A stretch of 64,000 nucleotides of DNA, taken from the NCBI GenBank assembly GCA_013215565.1, contig JABSQV010000029.1, positions 29,219-93,218 on the forward strand, given 5' to 3'. How positions within the stretch are numbered: the first letter of the stretch is position 1; the number at the start of each line of letters is the position of its first letter. Shown here in pieces: positions 55,553 through 64,000 of this stretch. The notes under the pieces were generated by a model. The model was not told where the DNA came from. It made no database searches and saw only the letters and a list, made by a program, of their open reading frames with translations. Source of the stretch: Myxococcales bacterium (GTDB lineage Bacteria > Myxococcota_A > UBA9160 > SZUA-336). The position numbers and the translations under genes were made by a program.

Positions 55553-57913
55553 ATGCGGATCCGCGTGTTCGGGTGGGGGGTGGCCGGGACCGTCGCGCTG
55601 GCACTGGTCGCGTGCGGTGTGTTCATGCTGCGGGCGGAGCGCGCGGTCGAAGCGCGCTTCCAGCGGGGTCTGTTCCAGACGCCTTCGCGGATGCTCGCGC
55701 GGCCGCTCGTGCTCGAGCGCGGAGACGACCTCGATCGCCTGGATCTGCTGGCACGCCTGGAGCGGCTGGGGTTTCGCCCCGCGCGTGCGAGCAGGCGCCC
55801 GCCGGAGCGCGCTGAGGACCCGCCGGTGCGCCCGGAGCGCGGCGAATACCTGCGGACCCCGGACGCGCTCCATCTGGGACTTCGCGGCGGCGAGCCGGGC
55901 GCGGTCGACCGGGTTCAACTCCGCCTGGACGAACGCGGACGCATCTCGCGGATCGCAAACGCAGATGGATCCGCCCTGCCCCGGCTCACGCTCGAGGGCG
56001 AGCTGATCGGAGAGATTCAGCCAGCCGTACAGGCGCGACGCAAGCTGGTGGCGTTTCGGGACCTGCCGCGCACGCTGGTCGAGGCGGTGATCGAGATGGA
56101 GGACCGCCACTTCCTGGAACACCCGGGACTCGACGCCTGGCGCATCCTGGGCGCGAGCCTCGCGAACCTGCGCGCGGGACGCATCGTGCAGGGAGGCAGC
56201 ACCATCACCCAGCAGCTGGTCAAGAACTTCTGGCTCTCGCCGGAGCGCTCCTTGGGCCGCAAGCTACGTGAAGCGTCGATGGCCCTGGTGCTGGAGTGGC
56301 GCCACCCGAAGCAGGAGATCCTCGAGGCCTACCTGAACGAGATCTACCTGGGCCAGAGCGGCAGCGTCGCCATCCATGGCGTGGGCCAGGCGGCCCAGCA
56401 CTACTTCGGGCGAGAAGTCTTCGACCTGAGTCTGGCGCAGGCGGCGCTGCTGGCCGGGATCATTCCGGCACCCGGACGCTATTCGCCGTTCCAGGATCCG
56501 GATGCAGCGCTCGCACGCCGGGCGCTGGTGCTCGGCGTGCTCGCGGAGCGTGGACGGATCTCGGAGGAAGCCCACCGCGCGGCTCGGGCCGAGCCCTTGC
56601 TGCTGCACCGGAGCCGCGCAGCGTCAGAGCCGGCCCCCCACTTCGTGGCACAGGTTCGGCAGGAACTCGCCGAGCACTGGGACGAGGCGCTGCTGGCCAC
56701 CCGCGGACTCTCGATCACCACAACGCTCGACTCGGAGCTTCAATCGTTCGCGCGACGCGCCGTGGCGCGGGGGCTCGGCCGCCTGGAGTCGACCTACCCC
56801 GGCCTGCGCCGATCGGAGCAGCCGCTGGAAGCGGCCCTGGTCGCGCTCGACCCGACGACGGGCGAGATCCTGGCGCTGGTGGGAGGCCGCGACTTCGCGC
56901 GCAGCCAGTTCAACCGCGCGACCCAGGCGAAGCGACAGCCGGGCAGCGTCTTCAAGCCGATCGTGGCCCTGGCCGCGCTCTCGCGTGGCGAGGGCGGGCT
57001 GCCCGCGTTCACGCTGATCTCGGAGCTCGACGACTCTCAGCTGGTCGTGACCACCGGGAAGGGCGACTGGATCCCGGTCAACTTCGACCGTGAGTTCCGC
57101 GGCCCGGTGACGCTCCGCGACGCGCTCGAGCGCTCGCTGAACGTGCCGATGGCGCGGCTGGGGCTCGAGGTCGGGCCCGCCCGCGTGGTCGAAACTGCGC
57201 GCAGGCTGGGGCTCGAGGGCGAACTCCGCCCGATCCCGAGCCTCGCACTGGGCCCCTTCGAAATGAGCCTGCTCGAGATGACGCGCGCCTACGGAGTGTT
57301 GGCGGCGCGCGGGCTTCGCGCCGAGTCGCGCAGCTACCTCGCGGTGACCGCGCCGGACGGGGAAGCGCTGGAGCAGAGCGTGCTGCGCGCCGAACAGGTC
57401 TTCGACCCGTCGGAAACCTGGCTGGTGACCGAGGCGCTGCGGGCTGCCGTCGAGCGCGGCACAGGCCGCTCGCTCGCGCGCTTTGGGCTCGCGGGCCGCG
57501 TGGCCGGCAAGACCGGGACCACCAACGACTTCCGCGACGCCTGGTTCATCGGCTACACGCCGGATCTCGTGGTCGGGGTCTGGGTCGGATTCGACGCCGG
57601 GGACAGCCTGGGCCTGCCAGCCTCGGCGGTGGCGCTCCCGATCTTCGGCCGCTTCATGCAGGCCGTGTTCGAGCAGGCCGAGCCGCCGCGCTTCCGGGCT
57701 CCGGCCGGGCTCGAGTTCGTGCGAATTCACCCCGAGAGCGGCCTTCGCGCCGGGCCCGGCTGCCCGGGACCCCGCCAGCCGTTCCTGCGCGGGACGGCGC
57801 CCGATCGCCAGTGCACGGTCGCGGTGTGGAAGACCGCGATGCGGGGCCTGCGCTGGCTGCGCGAGCAGCTTCCCGGAGGCCGGTCTCAGGCCGACGGAGC
57901 GCGCTCGGAGTAA
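55553..57913 (+). CDS. mrcB: Class A penicillin-binding protein (PBP1b-like)
   Basis: EDRHFLEH, GGSTITQQL, RKLRE, KQEILEAYLN, GSVFKP (SxxK), SLN, KTGT; UB2H-like N-terminal segment. Confidence 0.88.
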   Translation: MRIRVFGWGVAGTVALALVACGVFMLRAERAVEARFQRGLFQTPSRMLARPLVLERGDDLDRLDLLARLERLGFRPARASRRPPERAEDPPVRPERGEYLRTPDALHLGLRGGEPGAVDRVQLRLDERGRISRIANADGSALPRLTLEGELIGEIQPAVQARRKLVAFRDLPRTLVEAVIEMEDRHFLEHPGLDAWRILGASLANLRAGRIVQGGSTITQQLVKNFWLSPERSLGRKLREASMALVLEWRHPKQEILEAYLNEIYLGQSGSVAIHGVGQAAQHYFGREVFDLSLAQAALLAGIIPAPGRYSPFQDPDAALARRALVLGVLAERGRISEEAHRAARAEPLLLHRSRAASEPAPHFVAQVRQELAEHWDEALLATRGLSITTTLDSELQSFARRAVARGLGRLESTYPGLRRSEQPLEAALVALDPTTGEILALVGGRDFARSQFNRATQAKRQPGSVFKPIVALAALSRGEGGLPAFTLISELDDSQLVVTTGKGDWIPVNFDREFRGPVTLRDALERSLNVPMARLGLEVGPARVVETARRLGLEGELRPIPSLALGPFEMSLLEMTRAYGVLAARGLRAESRSYLAVTAPDGEALEQSVLRAEQVFDPSETWLVTEALRAAVERGTGRSLARFGLAGRVAGKTGTTNDFRDAWFIGYTPDLVVGVWVGFDAGDSLGLPASAVALPIFGRFMQAVFEQAEPPRFRAPAGLEFVRIHPESGLRAGPGCPGPRQPFLRGTAPDRQCTVAVWKTAMRGLRWLREQLPGGRSQADGARSE

Positions 57914-57962
57914 ACCCGGGCTCGCCCGGGCGCCCGGGGGCCGCCAGCGCCGCTCCCGCGCC

Positions 57963-57990
57963 TCAAGCGACTCGAAGCCGGAACCGATTT
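57963..57990 (+). promoter_or_regulatory. sigma28-like promoter
   Basis: TCAAG-N15-ACCGATTT upstream of the 643-aa hypothetical gene. Confidence 0.45.
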
Positions 57991-58108
57991 GCCAGTGGGT
58001 GAGCCTTCGCCCAGGAAGCGCCCCGCGGGGATTCCGCGCTGACACTCTCGCCAGCGAGGCTCGGCTCAGCCACTGAGAAGGCGGGCGCGGCTGGCCCGGG
58101 AGCGACAC

Positions 58109-60040
58109 ATGCCGGATCCGGAAGCGAAACGCGAAGACTCGACGGTCGCAGCGGCCCGGGCGCGGCGCTACGGCGAGCTGCGTGCCGCGCAACGCGCGCT
58201 CTGCAGTTCGGCGCTTCCGAACCGTGCGAGCCCGGCCGAGACGCTGCTCAGGGAGGCGCGGGCGCGGCTGCGCAAGGTCGCCGAACTGCGGCGCGAAGGG
58301 CCCCGGGGCAGCGACGCGGGTGCTTCCGCGTCTGAGATCGACCGGTTGCTGGATCTCGCCGCCGACGAACTGCGCGGTCTGGCGCTGGCTACGAGCTTCT
58401 CCCAGTTCCGGGCCACCCTGCCCCACCTGCGCGATTCCCACCCCGACGAGGTGGCGGCGTTGCTCGACCTCTGCCTGCCCGAAGCCGAGCGCGCTTCTCA
58501 GGCCCGGAACCTGTGCGAGTACATGATCACGCTGCTGGCGACCGAGAAGCCCGCCGGCAAGGTGCTGATCCGCTGCGATCCCGCCGTGATCACGCCCGGG
58601 GTTCGCGAACTCTGTGGGCGCGCCGTCGAGAGATCCGACGCGGTCCTCGATCACCTCGACGCGCTGCGGGAAGCGATCGCCGAGATCAGCAACCCGCTCG
58701 AGCTCGAAGAAGTGCGCGAACAGTTGCGCGGCTACAAGGACAAGATGGGTCCGGAGTTCTGGGTCCCCGAAGTGCTGTACGCGCTCATCGAGTACAACGT
58801 CGCGATGCAGAACCGGATGGAGGACGCCGTCGAGGCCGACCGCACGCTCGATTCGCTCGACACGCTGACCACGCCGTCGTGCTCGAGCGAGTACACGTTT
58901 ACGCTGCCCGGAGTCGGCGAGGTTCCGCGGATCACGGCGCTCGGTCTGCGCCCGCGGAGTGCCGCACCCGCAGGGCCGGCGCGGGAGCGGCTCCCGGCGG
59001 GCGAGCGTGGCCGGCTTCCGCCGGCCGCCCCGCGGCTGCCGGCCCGGCGACCGGCGCCGTGGCGCGCTCCGCGGCCGGTTCGCGATGCGCCGCTTCCCGA
59101 GCTTCTGGCTCCCGCACCCGCCGATCCGGGTCCGCAGAATTTCGAGGGGCGCTGCCGCGAGGCGATCACGGAACTCGAGGCGGGACTCGCGGCGCGCATC
59201 ACGCAGGGAGCCCCCGGACCCGGACCGGTCGGGGACCTGGTCATGCGGCTGGATCTGGCCCCGCTGAGCCGCTGGGAGCGGCTCGCGTTCGCGGCCGGGA
59301 GCGATGCGGCGGATGCGCCTGAGCTGCGGGCGGCAGTGCTGGCCGGGCTGCTCGTGCGCCACATCGACCAGATCGAGGAGCCGCTCGCACGACTCGGCCT
59401 CTCGCGCGCGCAGCTCGAAACGCGCTGGTTCGACGAGGTCGGGGACGGCATCCAGCAGGCGATCGCTCACGCACTGGTCGACGATGCCTACGCGCGGGCG
59501 CGGGAACTGGCCGAGACAAAATCCAAGTTCTTGCACCCGTCTCGGGGGGCTCAGACCCGGGCCCGCCTACCGTCTGCCCTGAGCGGCCCCTTCGTACAGC
59601 CCCGGCCCGAGGCCCCGCCCGTGCGGCGTGCTGCGCGCGCCCGGCCCGCATGGAGATCCTGGCGCCGGACCGCGGTACTCGCGGCGCTTCTCGCGGCCGT
59701 TCTGGGGGTGATCGCAGTTCGGGCGCTTGCGCCCGAGGCCGGGGGCTCGGCCCAGATGCTGGCGCCGGGCGCGCTGCGCGTAATCTCTCCGCACCTGGCG
59801 TCGGCCTACCGCGATGGGTTCGGCTACGGACCGCGCTTCTTCGGGACGCTGTCCGAGAGCTGGGACGCCCAGGCGCCGGATCGGCGGCGTGCCGCGGCGC
59901 TGGCCCTGGGAGCGCGCCTGCAGCGCTTCGGCGTCGTCGAGGCGCTGCTCTTCGACGCCCGCCGGCAGCTGCGCGTGCACTACCGCGACGGTGCGTTACT
60001 GGTTCCGGCCGCTCCGGCCGGCGCACCCGAAAGCGACTAG
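58109..60040 (+). CDS. Hypothetical protein (helical domains, Pro/Arg linker, single TM, small C-terminal domain)
   Basis: GGAG RBS; 643-aa ORF with coding bias; TM AVLAALLAAVLGVIAV. Confidence 0.75.
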   Translation: MPDPEAKREDSTVAAARARRYGELRAAQRALCSSALPNRASPAETLLREARARLRKVAELRREGPRGSDAGASASEIDRLLDLAADELRGLALATSFSQFRATLPHLRDSHPDEVAALLDLCLPEAERASQARNLCEYMITLLATEKPAGKVLIRCDPAVITPGVRELCGRAVERSDAVLDHLDALREAIAEISNPLELEEVREQLRGYKDKMGPEFWVPEVLYALIEYNVAMQNRMEDAVEADRTLDSLDTLTTPSCSSEYTFTLPGVGEVPRITALGLRPRSAAPAGPARERLPAGERGRLPPAAPRLPARRPAPWRAPRPVRDAPLPELLAPAPADPGPQNFEGRCREAITELEAGLAARITQGAPGPGPVGDLVMRLDLAPLSRWERLAFAAGSDAADAPELRAAVLAGLLVRHIDQIEEPLARLGLSRAQLETRWFDEVGDGIQQAIAHALVDDAYARARELAETKSKFLHPSRGAQTRARLPSALSGPFVQPRPEAPPVRRAARARPAWRSWRRTAVLAALLAAVLGVIAVRALAPEAGGSAQMLAPGALRVISPHLASAYRDGFGYGPRFFGTLSESWDAQAPDRRRAAALALGARLQRFGVVEALLFDARRQLRVHYRDGALLVPAAPAGAPESD

Positions 60041-61296
60041 AGCCCCGGCACCGGGAAGCCGGAGCATAGCTGCTCGACCTCTCGCCGGATCCGCTCGAGT
60101 GCCGCCGCGTCCTGGTGCGCGGCGAGTGCCTCCACGATCCAGTGGCCCAGCCGTTCCATCTCGACCTCCCGGAAACCGCGTGTGGTCGCGGCCGGCGTGC
60201 CGATGCGAATCCCGCTCGGGCGGAGCGGCGGGTTGGGATCGTCGGGGATGATCTGCTTGTTCGTCGTGATCGCGACCTGGTCGAGGGTCTCCTCTGCCAC
60301 GCGTCCGTTGATGCCGAAGCTTTGCACGCTGTCGAGCACCAGCATGTGGTTGTCGGTGCCACCGGTCACGAGCGAGGCGCCCTGCGAGATCAGAGTCCGG
60401 GCCAGGGCCCGGGCGTTGCTCACGCAGGTCATCGCGTACTCTGAAAACTCCGGTGCCTGGGCCTTGCCGAGCGCGATCGCGATGGCGGCGATGGTGTTCA
60501 TGTGGGGCCCTCCCTGGAGGCCCGGAAACACCGACTGATCGATCGTCTTCGCGAACTTCTTCTTGCAGAGCACCATGCCGCCTCGGGGTCCGCGCAGGCT
60601 CTTGTGGGTGGTGGTGGTCACGATGTCGAAGCCGTAATCGAATGGGTTGCGCAGTGCGCCCCCCGCGATGAGTCCGCCGATGTGGGAGACGTCGGCCATC
60701 GTGATGGCGTCGATCTCGTCCGCGATCTTCTTGAACTCCGCGTAATCGTAGTCGCGCGGATACGAGGTGTAGCCGGCGAGCACGATCTTGGGCCGCGCCG
60801 CCAGCGCGAGTTCACGCACCTCGCCGAAGTCGATCCGGCCCTCCTCCTCGGGGTGGGTCCGGTAGCGGACGAAGTTGAAGATCTTGCCCATGTGCGAGAC
60901 CGGAGCGCCGTGCGTCAGGTGCCCGCCGTGGGAGAGATCCATGCTCAGGATCGGGTCGCCGGGCTTGAGGAAGGCCAGGTAGACCGCCTGGTTCATCGGG
61001 GATCCGGACAGAGGCTGCACGTTTGCGTGCTCGCAGCGAAACAGCGCGCAGGCGCGCTCGCGCGCGAGATTCTCGATCTGGTCCGTGAACTCCTGGCCGC
61101 CGTAGTAGCGGCGGCCCGGATAGCCCTCCGAGTACTTGTTGGTGAAGACCGAGCCGAGGGCGGCCAGCACCTCGGGATAGGTGTAGTTCTCGGACGGGAT
61201 CAGCTCGATCCCGCGCCGCTGGCGGTCCTCTTCGCCGACGAGTGCGGAGAAGACGTCCGGATCGTTCTGGGCCAGCCGTTCGCGATTTCGATCCAT
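60037..61296 (-). CDS. glyA: Serine hydroxymethyltransferase
   Basis: ELIPSEN, NKYSEGYPGRRYYGG, LSHGGHLTHG, TTTTHKSLRGPRGG, FPGLQGGP, SGIRIGTPA. Confidence 0.96.
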   Translation of the reverse strand: MDRNRERLAQNDPDVFSALVGEEDRQRRGIELIPSENYTYPEVLAALGSVFTNKYSEGYPGRRYYGGQEFTDQIENLARERACALFRCEHANVQPLSGSPMNQAVYLAFLKPGDPILSMDLSHGGHLTHGAPVSHMGKIFNFVRYRTHPEEEGRIDFGEVRELALAARPKIVLAGYTSYPRDYDYAEFKKIADEIDAITMADVSHIGGLIAGGALRNPFDYGFDIVTTTTHKSLRGPRGGMVLCKKKFAKTIDQSVFPGLQGGPHMNTIAAIAIALGKAQAPEFSEYAMTCVSNARALARTLISQGASLVTGGTDNHMLVLDSVQSFGINGRVAEETLDQVAITTNKQIIPDDPNPPLRPSGIRIGTPAATTRGFREVEMERLGHWIVEALAAHQDAAALERIRREVEQLCSGFPVPGL

Positions 61297-61362
61297 CGTC
61301 CCTCCCCCCTCCCTCACGAGTGGACGCGAGCGGACACGCCCGGACCGACTCGACCCCGGATG

Positions 61363-61611
61363 CTACACGTCTTCGTCCTCCCTCACCTCTCGAAGCAGGA
61401 TCGGGTGGCGAGCGTGGGGGGGACCTCCGTTCCAGCCCGGCAACAGCGCGGCCTCCAGCATCCAGGATCGCGCCAGCGAGGCGTCCAGCACCACGGAGCC
61501 CGCGTCGAAGCCCTCCGCGATGCTATCCCAGAGTTCCTGACCGCCGCTTTCCCACCAGGTGCGTGCGTCGTGTTCGAAGTCGATCGCGATCCGGACCACG
61601 CGCCCAAGCAT
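61363..61611 (-). CDS. Small hypothetical protein (82 aa)
   Basis: GGAG RBS + ATG 61611; MLGRVVRIAIDFEHDARTWWESGG...; protein-like composition, co-oriented with glyA. Confidence 0.6.
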   Translation of the reverse strand: MLGRVVRIAIDFEHDARTWWESGGQELWDSIAEGFDAGSVVLDASLARSWMLEAALLPGWNGGPPHARHPILLREVREDEDV

Positions 61612-61870
61612 GCAGCTCCGAGTGGAGCTTCGCCAGCCTGCAAAGCGGATTGGGGCGGGTTCTGCACACGCTGGCTTTCCACTCACCCCGCGGGGTACTA
61701 TCTCCGGGGTAGCCCCCGGCGCCGGTCCCTCGGGGCCCGGCCTCGCTCGCTGGCCCGGAAGCCCCGGTCCCCGTGGCTTCAGATTGGGCCGGGAGCCGCC
61801 GGATCCGGCGGTTTGCAGCAGGCGGCGCACAATCCGGAGTGGCAGTAGCGTTCGGATAGGGAGGAATTCG

Positions 61871-63256
61871 ATGTACGGCATGAGGATGTTGCCGCTGGCG
61901 CTGGCCTGGCTGCTGTCGGCCGCGGTGCTTGCTCAGGATCCAGCCCCCGTAGCAATGCCGCTGGGCTCGGAGGACGTGGTGCCCGGTGTCCCGTTCCAGG
62001 CAGGGGACGTCCTGACCTTCGAGCAGCTCGACAAGCTCAAGGACTATCTGCCTCCCCCGTTCTGGGAGAACCGCGAGTACTTCTTCTACGAGGGGATGGA
62101 ACTCACGATCGGCCCGTTCCATCGCAAGTACGGCGAAGCCGATGCCTACACCAGGGTCACCAAAGAGAACCGCGGCAAGACGTCGCTCGGCCGGGACGGC
62201 TCGCTCGAGGGCTACTCGGGTGGAATGCCCTTCCCGAACGATGAGATCGACTGCGAGAAGGATCCGGATGCAGCGACCAAGATCATCTGGAACTTTACCA
62301 AGGCCTGGAATGGCGACGGCGCGATGTCGAACTGGTCCTACACCTACTGGGACCGCGGCGAGCAGCTCCCGCTGTACTACGAGGGGACGTCGAAGATCAT
62401 CCTGATGACGGACCGGGTGGAGCCCAAGTACCGCCAGGATCCCGACTCAACCGGGAAGATCTTCAGGCACGAAAAGCGTCAGACCGTGTTCGGGATCGAG
62501 GTCGAGGCCCCGTTCGATGCCCGGGGCATCCTGCTGCTGACCTATCGCTACAATTCCGCGGACGGTCCCCTGGAAGAGGCCAAGAACGACGACACCTGGG
62601 TCTACCTGCCAGATCTCCGGCGGGTGCGCCGGATCTCGACCGCGCAGCGGACGGACTCGGTGCAGGGCACCGACTTCACGCTGGACGACCTGCGGAGCTT
62701 CGCGGGCGTCCCACCCCAGTACCACTGGAAGTGCCTGGGCGAGGCGGAGATCCTGTCGCCCTTCAACACGCAGGATCTCGCGTATCCCTACACGGACGAC
62801 TACAACTTCGGCCCATACGGCTTCAGCTTTGCGAACGACCGCTGGGAAATGCGCAAGGCATGGGTCATCCGTTTCGATCCCAAGAACGACGATCACCCCT
62901 ATTCCCGCAAAGACATCTACATCGACCAGGAAACCAACGAGCCGCTTTACAGCTTTGCGTATGACCGCAAGAAGGAACTCTGGAAGATCATCTGGCACAA
63001 CCACCGCTACAGCGAGGACTGGGACGGAACGACGCCGGAGCGTACCGACACGAAGGCCAAGGACGGCGTCTGGTACAAGGGCTGGGAAGGCGTGGAGAAG
63101 CCAAACGATCTGCGGATCGTGGCCGACATCATCGTGAACGTGCAGACCGGGACCGGAAACCGAATCGAGTTCTGGGACGGTCACGGCATGCCGCTACGGA
63201 CCAAGGGCAAGATTCGCAGGTACATCGATATCGGACGCCTGAACAAGGGCCGCTGA
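61871..63256 (+). CDS. DUF1329-family exported protein (LolA-like fold)
   Basis: GGAGG RBS; signal peptide; GMPFP, DDTWVYLPDLRRVRRIS, YDRKKELWK. Confidence 0.85.
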   Translation: MYGMRMLPLALAWLLSAAVLAQDPAPVAMPLGSEDVVPGVPFQAGDVLTFEQLDKLKDYLPPPFWENREYFFYEGMELTIGPFHRKYGEADAYTRVTKENRGKTSLGRDGSLEGYSGGMPFPNDEIDCEKDPDAATKIIWNFTKAWNGDGAMSNWSYTYWDRGEQLPLYYEGTSKIILMTDRVEPKYRQDPDSTGKIFRHEKRQTVFGIEVEAPFDARGILLLTYRYNSADGPLEEAKNDDTWVYLPDLRRVRRISTAQRTDSVQGTDFTLDDLRSFAGVPPQYHWKCLGEAEILSPFNTQDLAYPYTDDYNFGPYGFSFANDRWEMRKAWVIRFDPKNDDHPYSRKDIYIDQETNEPLYSFAYDRKKELWKIIWHNHRYSEDWDGTTPERTDTKAKDGVWYKGWEGVEKPNDLRIVADIIVNVQTGTGNRIEFWDGHGMPLRTKGKIRRYIDIGRLNKGR

Positions 63257-63262
63257 GCCGGC

Positions 63263-63288
63263 GGCCGAGCCCGGTTTCGGGCTCGGTC
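63263..63288 (+). terminator. Hairpin after the DUF1329 gene
   Basis: GGCCGAGCCCG-GTTT-CGGGCTCGGTC; no clear U-tract. Confidence 0.45.
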
Positions 63289-63505
63289 TGGCCCCCCCCC
63301 GCAAGCGCGGCCGACGCACTGGCGGGCGTCCGAATGCAGGCCGAGATGTGTTCCTCTCCGCGCCGGCTGCCTCATTATGCGAATCCGGTTCCTCCCGGTT
63401 CCGGTTCGCTTCGCAAGTGGGTCGCAGGCGGTACGCAGATGCGCGTGTAATCTGCCCGGAACCGCCCGGAGGTCCTAGGGTCCAGGGCTTGCATCGCAGC
63501 CGGGC

Positions 63506-64000
63506 ATGGATTTTCGTGCCTCCGCTCCGGCGCTCCTGGGCGCGCTCCTGATTGGGGCTGGGGCGCCTGCCGCTGCCGAGACTCTGGCCGGCCTGTGCCC
63601 GGATGGAAGCGCCTTCGTCGTGCAAGATCGGGCGGCCGTTCCGTGCAGGTACGCGCGCTTCGTCGAGCCTGAAGACATGCCGCCGTTGCGGCCGAAGTTC
63701 CTGCCCCGGCCCTACGCATGGCAGCTCGATCGGGAGGCCCGTGATCCCGACAATCCATACAACCTCGTCGAGCGCGCGCGCAAGATCCGCGAGCTGAGAG
63801 CCCGGAGAAGCGGTCCCTCCGGGCCGTCCCTGGTCGGCTCCGGTGCATCTGCTGCGAACCCCACGGGGGGGTCTTCCGTTATTCCACGGACCGCAAGCGG
63901 CGCGGCCAACGGGCGCGTGGACCGGGTGTTCGGATTGGCGCTGCGCGAGCCGGAGCTCGCCGATCTGCTGGAACTCGTGGAACTTCGGCAGCAACTGGCC
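63506..64000 (+). CDS. Exported hypothetical protein (5' part; runs off the window)
   Basis: Manual translation: MDFRASAPALLGALLIGAGAPAAAETLAGLCPDGSAFVV...NPYNLVERARKIREL..., open to the window end. Confidence 0.7.
   Translation, partial: MDFRASAPALLGALLIGAGAPAAAETLAGLCPDGSAFVVQDRAAVPCRYARFVEPEDMPPLRPKFLPRPYAWQLDREARDPDNPYNLVERARKIRELRARRSGPSGPSLVGSGASAANPTGGSSVIPRTASGAANGRVDRVFGLALREPELADLLELVELRQQLA

Noticed and set aside
56624-59536. 970-aa minus-strand ORF
   Set aside because: Shadow of PBP1b and the 643-aa gene.
61297-61362. ZTP (pfl) riboswitch directly upstream of glyA
   Set aside because: No recognisable GACTGGCG...CGCCTGGG core in the gap.
63290-63505. Possible ncRNA (nested GGCGGT/ACCGCC and GCAGAT/ATCTGC stems)
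   Set aside because: Short stems are expected by chance at this GC content; no family signature.

Overview
High-GC (roughly 70% by eye) bacterial chromosomal DNA with a gene mix suggestive of a Myxococcota/deltaproteobacterial heterotroph (inference only). No rRNA, tRNA, CRISPR array, integrase or transposase was recognised. From left to right the window holds: (i) a SucC-like CoA ligase, a SnoaL protein and a GrdB-like protein that the ORF track splits in two but is almost certainly one selenoprotein (in-frame UGA, U-P-V-C motif, SECIS-like hairpin); (ii) an EthD protein and a LolCDE-like ABC transporter; (iii) a steroid side-chain degradation cluster resembling the mycobacterial igr operon (split ChsH2, ChsH1, Ltp2, tandem CoA transferase, acyl-CoA dehydrogenase pair); (iv) a secreted carboxylesterase with a 14x9-bp VNTR, a choice-of-anchor-B surface protein and udk; (v) a polyprenol-phosphate/GT-C glycosylation locus; (vi) PPIase, antiporter and several oxidoreductases; (vii) an uncharacterised membrane protein + vWA lipoprotein pair; (viii) a 3220-aa MopA/peroxicin-type heme peroxidase; (ix) PBP1b, glyA and a DUF1329 protein. 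The most striking feature is a 760-residue Ala-rich insert in the peroxidase. Its SGEGD turn lies exactly at its midpoint and both halves carry a 105-aa (15-heptad) duplication, which points to a ~55-60 nm antiparallel coiled-coil spike on an extracellular peroxidase. A shared TCAAG-N14/15-RCCGAY (sigma28-like) motif precedes three uncharacterised genes.
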